Positions 1-6,613 of a stretch of DNA of 56,970 nucleotides are shown one piece after another; position 1 is the first letter of the stretch; each line of letters begins with the position of its first letter. The position numbers were made by a program, and so were the translations under genes. The notes beneath the pieces are model-generated. The model saw nothing but the letters and a program-made list of their open reading frames with translations, ran no database searches and was not told the DNA's origin. Source of the DNA: a virus (taxonomy: Duplodnaviria; Caudoviricetes); IMG/VR virus record IMGVR_UViG_3300049436_000157, positions 1 to 56,970 of that record, one strand, 5' to 3'.

Positions 1-798
1 TCACTCATCTCCACCAGACGCACAACCCGTCGGTGCAGGGGACGCGCCGCAAGCGGCGCTCCCCTGACCTAGTGCGTTGTGCGTCAAAATCCGCCATGCA
101 GCCGCAGCCACTCGCGGAACCTGGGCATTTCCAAGACAGCGCAGTCTGTCCAGCCGGTCGGGAACCCCATCAACCACTCTGCCCACGTTGGGTTCACTCG
201 GCCAGTCGAGGAAGTTTTCAGCCCCTCCACTTCGGCCAACCGGCTTGCCAGTGTGTCCGCCTTGCCCCTGTGTCGGCCGCCGCATTTCCTCCCAATCGAA
301 GCGGTAAGCGTCGGCCAAAATCCAAAGCCTCTTTCTTTCGTGCGGAGCGTCGGCGTTGTCTGCGCCAACAACTCCCCATCGAGCATCAAACCCCAACTCG
401 GCCAGGTCGCCGAGAACTCGGCCCAACCCCCGAGTAGTGAGCGCTGGTGAGTTTTCCACCCACACGAATCGCGGTCGTACTTCGCCAACGATCCGCGCCA
501 TTTCCCGCCATAGGCCGCTTTCAGGCCCGTCAATCCCGGCTCCTGCTCCGGCGACGGAAATGTCCGTGCAGGGGAATCCACCGCTGACAACATGCACACT
601 CCCTGCCCAGGGCTTACCGTCGAAGGTTCGCACATCGTCCCAGATCGGGAAGGCTGGAAGCAGTCCGTCGCGCTGGCGGGCGAACAGCACGCTCCGGGCG
701 TAGGCATCAACTTCAACAGCGCAGACGGTGCGCCATCCAAGGATGGTGCCTCCCAAGATGCCTCCGCCTGCTCCTGCAAAAAGTGCCAACTCATTCAT
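1..798 (-). CDS. C5-cytosine DNA methyltransferase (alpha polypeptide), cassette 1
   Basis: Motif I LFAGAGGG, IV GGFPC, VI ENS, VIII R-x-R, X LGNAQVP. ATG at 798 with AAAGG SD. The C-terminal tail is encoded by attC1. Confidence 0.92.
   Translation of the reverse strand: MNELALFAGAGGGILGGTILGWRTVCAVEVDAYARSVLFARQRDGLLPAFPIWDDVRTFDGKPWAGSVHVVSGGFPCTDISVAGAGAGIDGPESGLWREMARIVGEVRPRFVWVENSPALTTRGLGRVLGDLAELGFDARWGVVGADNADAPHERKRLWILADAYRFDWEEMRRPTQGQGGHTGKPVGRSGGAENFLDWPSEPNVGRVVDGVPDRLDRLRCLGNAQVPRVAAAAWRILTHNALGQGSAACGASPAPTGCASGGDE
20..82 (+). repeat. attC: attC site 1 (63 bp)
   Basis: R'' GCACAAC, 5-nt spacer, L'' GGT[G]CAGG ... L' CCTGACC, 6-nt spacer, R' GTTGTGC; central GCGCCGC-AA-GCGGCGC hairpin. 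Confidence 0.9.
84..794 (-). CDS. Nested alternative-frame beta polypeptide of a two-subunit C5 methyltransferase (M.EcoHK31I-like)
   Basis: 236-aa ORF entirely inside the methyltransferase gene, starting 4 nt after its ATG (ATGAATGAG). Carries motif IX-like RVNPTWAEWLMGFPTGWTD, which the main frame lacks. Confidence 0.75.
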   Translation of the reverse strand: MSWHFLQEQAEASWEAPSLDGAPSALLKLMPTPGACCSPASATDCFQPSRSGTMCEPSTVSPGQGVCMLSAVDSPARTFPSPEQEPGLTGLKAAYGGKWRGSLAKYDRDSCGWKTHQRSLLGGWAEFSATWPSWGLMLDGELLAQTTPTLRTKERGFGFWPTLTASIGRKCGGRHRGKADTLASRLAEVEGLKTSSTGRVNPTWAEWLMGFPTGWTDCAVLEMPRFREWLRLHGGF

Positions 799-819
799 CG
801 TTACCTTTCGTCCGTTGCC

Positions 820-887
820 GCACAACAATTCGTCCAACCGTACCTCGCGCAAAAAGCGCGCGAGGCCGGTTAACTCAATCGTTAGCA
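820..887 (+). repeat. attC: attC site 2 (68 bp)
   Basis: GCACAAC-AATTC-GTCCAACC...GGTTAAC-TCAATC-GTTAGCA; closely resembles the classic 59-base-element pattern AACAATTCGTTCAAGC...GCTTAACTCAAGCGTTAG. Confidence 0.92.
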
Positions 888-1651
888 GGCAAAAGCATGT
901 CGCCCTGCACCGCCGTATCGCCAGCGCCGACTTTTGGTTCAGCGAACATTTGCTCTTGAGCCTGAGCGCCCGTCACCCTCGGCACCGCGATTCCGTGGAA
1001 ATACTCATGCTCGCGCTCAATCCCGATAAATCGCCGCCCCTCCAAGTGCGCCGCCTCGCCAGTGGTTCCGCTTCCCATGAAGCAGTCCAGAACCGTGTCG
1101 CCTGCGTTCGTGGTCAGTCGTATCAGGTGCCGCATCACGTCCACCGGCTTCTCTGCCGCGTGCGCCGTCGTCTTGCTGTTACCGGCCATCCACCGGCAGC
1201 GGTAAATGTCGCTCGCGCTCCGGTTGTCTATCTTGGCGTCTGGCATCCCGGCAAAAAGCACAACCTCGTAAGTCGGGCGCAGTTGGCGCGGCCCTGCTGG
1301 TCCGATCCATTCCTTGTCCCAAATCATCAGCGAGTCCACTTGCCATTTCACCTTAGCAAACGCATAGAGCAGTGTTGGCAGGCTGCGCCAGTTTCCGAAG
1401 ACACAGGCAAACCCATCTTGCTTCAGTGCGCGCCGCGCCAGCTTCAGCCATTCGGCGTACCACCAGGCGCTATTTTCCATGTCAGCCCATCCGCCAGCTT
1501 TCGCGCTTGCGTCGCCGGTCGAGATTGCGCCAATCATGTAGGGCGGGTCGGTTATCACCGCGTCCACGCTCATCGGCGGCAACTCCGCCATCACTTCCAG
1601 GCAGTCGCCTTGCCACAGTTCAGCGTTCCCGATTGTCACTTTCTCAGCCAT
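875..1651 (-). CDS. N4/N6 DNA methyltransferase (beta class), cassette 2
   Basis: GDCLEV, catalytic DPPY N-terminal to H-x-x-EKP and DCFMGSGTT. GGAG SD. Stop codon lies within attC2. Confidence 0.93.
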   Translation of the reverse strand: MAEKVTIGNAELWQGDCLEVMAELPPMSVDAVITDPPYMIGAISTGDASAKAGGWADMENSAWWYAEWLKLARRALKQDGFACVFGNWRSLPTLLYAFAKVKWQVDSLMIWDKEWIGPAGPRQLRPTYEVVLFAGMPDAKIDNRSASDIYRCRWMAGNSKTTAHAAEKPVDVMRHLIRLTTNAGDTVLDCFMGSGTTGEAAHLEGRRFIGIEREHEYFHGIAVPRVTGAQAQEQMFAEPKVGAGDTAVQGDMLLPAND

Positions 1652-1676
1652 CGTCACTCCGTAGTTACCGTTTGCC

Positions 1677-1746
1677 TGCTAACCCATCATTCCAGGGGAC
1701 GCTGCGCGATAAAGCCGCGCATCGCCCCTGAATTCAGGCGTTGTGC
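1677..1746 (+). repeat. attC: attC site 3 (70 bp)
   Basis: TGCTAAC-CCATC-ATT[C]CAGG...CCTGAAT-TCAGGC-GTTGTGC. Confidence 0.92.
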
Positions 1747-2300
1747 GTCTTGCACTTCGCTGCCAGCTCTACCAGCCATTGCGCCAGCTCGGGCGGTGTG
1801 TGCTCTCGTTCGGCCTTTGTGATGTGCGGCCGGTAGTCGTGTCGCTTCCGGCTTTGCACCACATAGGCCGCCTCGCCCATCACGTAGGGCAGCGGCGGTA
1901 TGTCGCCCGGCTCGCACCCCACCACGTAGAACCACGTCGCCTTTTCGGCTTTGTGGCCCCACCACTTCTGCGGCGCGGCCAGTGTCCACCCGCCGTATTG
2001 GTCGCGCTCGCCCGGCATCGGCAGCTTCTGCGCCGGCCAGAGCGTCGAGCCTGCCGGGTGCTCAAGCACGCCGCCAAACTCCCGCACCAGCGCCACCGCA
2101 AGCCGCGCCAGGTTCATCTCGTCGGGTCGTGGCCGTGCGAACGTGCGCAGCCGGCCCCACGCCCTGCAAGGCGGGTGCGCCACTACCGGGCAACCTCCGG
2201 GCCAGCGCCTGGCGTCCCTCTCAGCGTCCCACACGTCCACGCCGGCCAGTGCCTTGTAGTGGCTATCTGCGCGGGCGAAAAGTACTGCAACCGTCATCAC
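1734..2300 (-). CDS. Divergent C5-methyltransferase-like protein, cassette 3
   Basis: VVAHPPC (motif IV-like), VLEHP (VI-like), Q-x-WWGH-x-x-x-KAT (VIII-like), REHTP-x-x-LA (X-like). Canonical FxGxGG is absent. Stop lies within attC3. Confidence 0.6.
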   Translation of the reverse strand: MMTVAVLFARADSHYKALAGVDVWDAERDARRWPGGCPVVAHPPCRAWGRLRTFARPRPDEMNLARLAVALVREFGGVLEHPAGSTLWPAQKLPMPGERDQYGGWTLAAPQKWWGHKAEKATWFYVVGCEPGDIPPLPYVMGEAAYVVQSRKRHDYRPHITKAEREHTPPELAQWLVELAAKCKTHNA

Positions 2301-2770
2301 TCATCTCCACCAGACGCACAACCCGTCGGTGCAGGGGACGCGCCGCAAGCGGCGCTCCCCTGACCTAGTGCGTTGGGCGTCGTCAGCGTGATCCAGCCCC
2401 GTTGCTCTGCGCTGTCGTCGATCCGTCCTTCGTGTCCGATCAGAAGCGCCGCGTCGTTCGCCATGCGCTCTGTGCATTCGTTCTCCACGGCCGGGATGTT
2501 CGGAAGCCAGAAGAACAGCGCATCCTTCAGCCGTTGGTTTTCGGCGCGCAGTTCGTGGTTTGCTTGGTCCTTCTTCGCGTACAGGTCGGCGTCCTTGTTC
2601 GCTTGGGTCAGCGCGTCCCGAAAATCTTCAACAGCGCGGTCGCCGGACTTCACGAGCGCCAGCAGTGCGCCGGCCAAGCTCTCAGCGTCTTCGCGCCGAA
2701 TGAACGATCCATCCTCGCGCTGGTGCATGCTTCCAGGGTATGCGCTGTCGTATGCCTCAATCGTTTTCAC
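2297..2770 (-). CDS. Hypothetical coiled-coil phage protein, cassette 4
   Basis: GTG at 2770 after GGAAGGG. Reads through attC4; its stop overlaps the start of the next gene. Confidence 0.75.
   Translation of the reverse strand: MKTIEAYDSAYPGSMHQREDGSFIRREDAESLAGALLALVKSGDRAVEDFRDALTQANKDADLYAKKDQANHELRAENQRLKDALFFWLPNIPAVENECTERMANDAALLIGHEGRIDDSAEQRGWITLTTPNALGQGSAACGASPAPTGCASGGDE
2316..2378 (+). repeat. attC: attC site 4 (63 bp; same sequence family as attC1 and attC7)
   Basis: GCACAAC-CCGTC-GGT[G]CAGG...CCTGACC-TAGTGC-GTTGGGC. Positions 2297-2375 are identical to 1-79. Confidence 0.9.
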
Positions 2771-2795
2771 GTCGTTTCCCTTCCGGGCGTCCGCC

Positions 2796-2865
2796 GCCCA
2801 ACTCTGCATTCGAGCGGGACTGGCCGCATAAGGCCGCGTCCATCCCCTCAATTTGACTGTTGGGC
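2796..2865 (+). repeat. attC: attC site 5 (70 bp)
   Basis: GCCCAAC-TCTGC-ATT[C]GAGC...CCTCAAT-TTGACT-GTTGGGC. Confidence 0.9.
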
Positions 2866-2869
2866 CTCA

Positions 2870-3097
2870 TTAGTGCGGCATCCTGAATTCGCATGCCGGC
2901 GGGTTTGCCGCAATGTCCGCCAGTGCGCTTTCCAGCCATCCGCGCACGAACTCGTCTCCCTCGGTGGTCCGCAGCAGGTTGTAGCCGGCCAACATCAGCG
3001 CCCCGAGTGCGTCCGACTTCTCGCGCTTCGTTGGCAATTTGTGCATCAGCGCCCCGAGCATGTCGAGCGCCAGCTTGGCAATCTGGTCTTCATTCAT
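2870..3097 (-). CDS. Small hypothetical protein (75 aa), cassette 5
   Basis: GAGGA SD and ATG; helical composition; fills the 325-bp cassette. Confidence 0.8.
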   Translation of the reverse strand: MNEDQIAKLALDMLGALMHKLPTKREKSDALGALMLAGYNLLRTTEGDEFVRGWLESALADIAANPPACEFRMPH

Positions 3098-3125
3098 TTC
3101 GCGTTCCTCTCTTGTTCCGTCTGAG

Positions 3126-3190
3126 GCCCAACAACCGCATCGAGCGGACCGGGCGAAAAGCGGCCCGGCCCCTCATGCGGAGCGTTATAC
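3126..3190 (+). repeat. attC: attC site 6 (65 bp)
   Basis: GCCCAAC-AACCG-CAT[C]GAGC...CCTCATG-CGGAGC-GTTATAC. Confidence 0.9.
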
Positions 3191-3194
3191 GTCT

Positions 3195-3941
3195 TCATGC
3201 CGCTATCACCATTTGCACGGCTTGCGGCTCCCAAAACGTCGTCGCCTGGTGGCTCTCGATCCGCTCACGCATCACCAGCGCCCTGCATTCCTTGCTTGCT
3301 GGCGTGTAGGTGCCGCGCCAGGCCGAATAAATTCCCACGTTCTGCGCGATATTGGTGCTGTCCGCGCTGGCGAACGGCAACCGCGAGAACACATCCGGGT
3401 TCAACATCCGCAGGCCATGCAACTTGCAAACCGGGTTTCCGTTCTTGTCACACACGGCGTTCATGGCTTCGGCGATCCGGTCCCACCATCGTGCATTGCC
3501 AACGGTGGCGTACTGGCCGCTGCTGCCGAGACAGACCCGCTGCCACTCCCGCGCAAGACGCCGTAGCCGATCAATAGATTCGTGCATGTGCCAGACTGGG
3601 GCACCGACCCATCGAGATACCGCATCGACCCAAGGCCATTCAGCCAGCAACTCATCATTGGCTTTCTCATCGCCATCAATCACGTCCGGGATAACTGCAA
3701 AGTCAAAAGACGGGTATCGGTGCAACTCGGCCACCCAAGCGTAATAGCGGCTCCAGTCCGTTACCGGCTCGCCGCTTTTCCACGCCGAGAAAGCGCCGTT
3801 ATCCACCGCGAAGGACTGGCAAACCTCAAGCACAAGTCCCAACTGGTCGGGGTAGCGGAAGGACACAAACGAATGCCCTCCGCTCACTGCGGCGCGAGCT
3901 GCTGTCGCTGGCGTTATCGGTAGGCCGTGGTAGTGGATCAT
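3195..3941 (-). CDS. TGT/DpdA-like (tRNA-guanine transglycosylase-fold) phage protein, cassette 6
   Basis: Start MIHYHG at 3941 (ATGA overlap). Motifs DNGAFS, IPDVI, PVWH, LHGL and SADST resemble TGT-fold DSGxF / HxxG / SxDS motifs. Confidence 0.6.
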   Translation of the reverse strand: MIHYHGLPITPATAARAAVSGGHSFVSFRYPDQLGLVLEVCQSFAVDNGAFSAWKSGEPVTDWSRYYAWVAELHRYPSFDFAVIPDVIDGDEKANDELLAEWPWVDAVSRWVGAPVWHMHESIDRLRRLAREWQRVCLGSSGQYATVGNARWWDRIAEAMNAVCDKNGNPVCKLHGLRMLNPDVFSRLPFASADSTNIAQNVGIYSAWRGTYTPASKECRALVMRERIESHQATTFWEPQAVQMVIAA

Positions 3942-4213
3942 TTGCGCTCCGTGGTCGCAGCCGTATAACCCGTCGGTGCAGGGGACGCGCCGCAAGCGGC
4001 GCTCCCCTGACCTATGGCGTTGGCAGGCAATGGCCGCCATCCCTGCGGCTCGCCATACATGCCGTGCCACGTCCACCCGCCGCCGTTGAAGTCGATCCAT
4101 GTCGCCTCGACAACCTGCTCCCACTGTCGCTTTTCCACGCCCTTTGCGTACTGTCGGTACGGGTGGTGCATCAGCATGTGGATCACCGTTCCATCCTTGG
4201 GTGCCGTTTCCAT
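3938..4213 (-). CDS. DUF551-like phage protein; C-terminus extended through attC7
   Basis: (EWRP)METAPKDG ... P-x-GWRPLP family signature. Start uncertain, because the conserved WRP lies upstream of the only ATG. Confidence 0.7.
   Translation of the reverse strand: METAPKDGTVIHMLMHHPYRQYAKGVEKRQWEQVVEATWIDFNGGGWTWHGMYGEPQGWRPLPANAIGQGSAACGASPAPTGYTAATTERK
3963..4025 (+). repeat. attC: attC site 7 (63 bp)
   Basis: GTATAAC-CCGTC-GGT[G]CAGG...CCTGACC-TATGGC-GTTGGCA. Confidence 0.9.
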
Positions 4214-4265
4214 CGGGCGCCATTCCGTATCGGCTGTTGATTGAGCCTGCTGGAGAAGGGTGTCC

Positions 4266-4607
4266 TTACGCGGTCTTGAGGTTGGCGGTGGTGATGTCGG
4301 TCGTGCTGGGGATGCTCTTCAGGTCGAGCTTGGTCTGGCGCGGATCGTCGGCGACAAGGTGGCCTTCCGGGGTGGCGAACAGCATCGCCTCCATGGGCTC
4401 TTCGGCCGGCTTGGTGAGTTTGACGTTGCCGGTGATGTGCATGGCGCCTCCTCGGGTGGCTTTCTTCACCTTGATTTCGATGACCAGCTTGCCGGCCTTC
4501 CCGCTGCCGTCGACGGCGCTGACCAGTTCGGCCATCTTGTCGCTGGCGGTGTCGATGAAGATCCCGCCGCCGATGTGGCGCAGGGTGTCGGTGATGGGTT
4601 TGCTCAT
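4266..4607 (-). CDS. Hypothetical phage early protein
   Basis: AGGAG SD, start MSKPITDTL, strong GC3 bias. Confidence 0.8.
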   Translation of the reverse strand: MSKPITDTLRHIGGGIFIDTASDKMAELVSAVDGSGKAGKLVIEIKVKKATRGGAMHITGNVKLTKPAEEPMEAMLFATPEGHLVADDPRQTKLDLKSIPSTTDITTANLKTA

Positions 4608-4641
4608 GGCTTCTTCTCCTTCTGGGTGGGTAGTGCTGCCG

Positions 4642-6369
4642 TTAGGCAGCGGCTTGGTAGTGGCTGATCTCGCCCCGTTCCATCCAGAACGCCTGGAAGG
4701 TGTCACCGGGCAGCGTCGGCAGGCCCTTCAGGGTGGCGAAGATCAGGGCCGTGTCGATCTCTCCGGCGGTGGCCAGTCCGTGGAGCCAGCGCAGGAGGGT
4801 GGACCGGTTGCCCATGTCCAGCACATCCATCCGGTCCAGGGCGATCAGGCTCAGGCCGGATACGTGGGCGATGGCCTCGGCCAGGGACGCATCGGCCCGC
4901 CAGCGGGCGGACTCGCTGCACAGGCTGTAGAGCCTGCCGCCGATGCGCACGCTCATGTCGGGATCCACGGCAACCTGTGCCCATCCGGTGGCCGAGGCGG
5001 TAGCGCGCAGCCGGTCGTTGAACGGCTTGATGGCATCTGACAGCAGTTCGCCCGGGATGCCATCCGGAGCCAAGGCGTCGGCGATCTTGAGCCAATCCTT
5101 CAGGTGCTGGTGGTTCTCGGCAGCGGCCCGGGTCTTCTTGTCGGCGGCGGTTGCCTTGCGCTGGGCATCTTCGACGAGACGGATGGCCGCCTGGTGGTTG
5201 GCCGCTTCGTGCTTGAGGTTGGCGATCGAGCTTTCCAGGTCGGCGATCATCTCGGCGGTGACCGTATCCGGCGTGGCCTCGATCTCCTGGAGGGAGGCCG
5301 CGGCGGCCTTGGCTTGCTCCAGGTCGCGCTCTCCGTTGGCCACGGAGCGCACCATGACTTCCAGCGCCCGTTCGTACTCGGGCAGGGCTTCGCGTGCCTC
5401 CGGGTCTGCCTTCTGGGCCGGCGCTTCGTATTCGACCAGAGCGCCGTCGGCGTGCCGGTGCATGAGGATGGATCCGCAGCTCGGGCAGGTGTAGGACGGA
5501 GGGGTTTCGGTGCTTCCGGAGGCCTTCGCCCGGGTGGCTTCCACCTTGGCCTGCCACTCGGCCATGTCGCCCCGGTCCTTCTCAAGCTTGGCGGTGATTC
5601 TGCCGATATTGCCGGCCTGCTCCTGGAGCCCGGCCACCTTGGCGCGACGCTCGTCCTGCTGGCGCTTCATCGCCCGGAGTTCGCCCATACGCTCCGTGTC
5701 GGCGGATATGCGCTCATTCGCGGCAGCCAGGGCCGCCTTGGTTTCGTCCAGGCCGGTGGTGTCGATCGCCGGCTTTTCCGCTTTCCAGGTCTCGGCCTTC
5801 TTTTCGCCGTAGGTCTCGCCGGTGATCTGCTTCCAGGCGCCGCGGCACTCGGTCGCCTTGGTCTTGGCATAGTCATGGGCGGCCGGGAAGCCTGAGACCA
5901 GCAGCGGGGCAACGGCTTCCGCCTTGTCGGCCGAGCAGCCGCGGTCGATCATCTTCTGCCGGATGGCTTTGGGCGCGGCAGAGGATCCGGTCAGGGCAAA
6001 GAGCATGCTGCGGCGCTCGTTGTCCTCGAGGCTGGCGAAGCGCGGCGGATCCAGCACGAATGGCAGGGCGCCGTGGATCGGGTCGCCGCTCATCGTGCGC
6101 TTGCCATCCGGCAGGGTGATGGCCACCTCGCCGGCGGTGTGCTTGATCAGGACCGATGCCGCCTTGGCGCCGTCTCGGACCAGCGCGGGGTAGTCCTTCT
6201 TCAGCTTGACGCGGACCACCTCGCCGGTCATGGCCAGGCGGATGGCCTCCTGCATGCTGGTCTTCCCCTGCTCGTTGCCGCCGGCCACCAGGACGACGGG
6301 CCGGTCGATGGCCAGTCCGATGTCGGTGATGGCCTGGAAGTTCTGGATGTTGATGGCGGTGATCTTCAC
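4642..6369 (-). CDS. Rad50/SbcC-like ABC ATPase
   Basis: IQNFQ, Walker A GGNEQGKTS, coiled coils around a CPSC zinc hook, LCSES signature, Walker B LIALD. Confidence 0.88.
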   Translation of the reverse strand: MKITAINIQNFQAITDIGLAIDRPVVLVAGGNEQGKTSMQEAIRLAMTGEVVRVKLKKDYPALVRDGAKAASVLIKHTAGEVAITLPDGKRTMSGDPIHGALPFVLDPPRFASLEDNERRSMLFALTGSSAAPKAIRQKMIDRGCSADKAEAVAPLLVSGFPAAHDYAKTKATECRGAWKQITGETYGEKKAETWKAEKPAIDTTGLDETKAALAAANERISADTERMGELRAMKRQQDERRAKVAGLQEQAGNIGRITAKLEKDRGDMAEWQAKVEATRAKASGSTETPPSYTCPSCGSILMHRHADGALVEYEAPAQKADPEAREALPEYERALEVMVRSVANGERDLEQAKAAAASLQEIEATPDTVTAEMIADLESSIANLKHEAANHQAAIRLVEDAQRKATAADKKTRAAAENHQHLKDWLKIADALAPDGIPGELLSDAIKPFNDRLRATASATGWAQVAVDPDMSVRIGGRLYSLCSESARWRADASLAEAIAHVSGLSLIALDRMDVLDMGNRSTLLRWLHGLATAGEIDTALIFATLKGLPTLPGDTFQAFWMERGEISHYQAAA

Positions 6370-6611
6370 GCTGCGGCCCTCCTGCTGATGGTCTGGTACT
6401 CGGTGCGGTCGATCATGGTGACGACGTGCCGGCCCGGTGTCGGCGGCTTCTCCTTTGCGTCGGCGTCCCGGTACTGCTGCTGCTGGGAGGCCATGAAGCG
6501 ATCAACATCCCAGGCGCGATGTTGGGTAGCGATGACGGCGCCGGTCTTCGTGTCGGTGACCTTCACGAACACGTCTCGCCCGGTCAGTTCCTGGTTGATG
6601 GAGGCGGCCAT
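6366..6611 (-). CDS. Hypothetical protein
   Basis: Tightly coupled to both neighbours in the recombination operon. Confidence 0.7.
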   Translation of the reverse strand: MAASINQELTGRDVFVKVTDTKTGAVIATQHRAWDVDRFMASQQQQYRDADAKEKPPTPGRHVVTMIDRTEYQTISRRAAA

Positions 6612-6613
6612 GG

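Larger units (their letters stand above)
20..4025 (+). mobile_element. attC cassette array without integrase in the window (CALIN-like): 7 attC sites, 6 complete cassettes
   Basis: Cassettes 77-881, 882-1740, 1741-2372, 2373-2859, 2860-3184, 3185-4019. Each carries one main gene, and each R'' is complementary to its own left R'. Confidence 0.9.

Noticed and set aside
33-3923. + strand ORFs in the array (e.g. 728-1822, 2402-3124) as canonical-orientation cassette genes
   Set aside because: They cross attC boundaries and have no recognisable motifs; they are shadows of motif-bearing - strand genes.
20-4025. Repeats at 20, 2316 and 3963 as a CRISPR array, REP elements or simple terminators
   Set aside because: The spacers are whole genes of 0.3-0.9 kb, there are no U tracts, and the R/L box geometry plus cassette-end complementarity fit attC.
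3942-4223. N-terminal extensions in the ORF track (3195-4223, also 1-852 and 2297-2851)
   Set aside because: They run back through attC or the upstream gene; SD-supported starts are at 3941, 798 and 2770.
4635-4650. GCTGCC-GTTA-GGCAGC hairpin containing GTTAGGC as an eighth attC
   Set aside because: It matches the R' consensus, but I found no R'' or L boxes at the right distance; it overlaps the ATPase stop codon.
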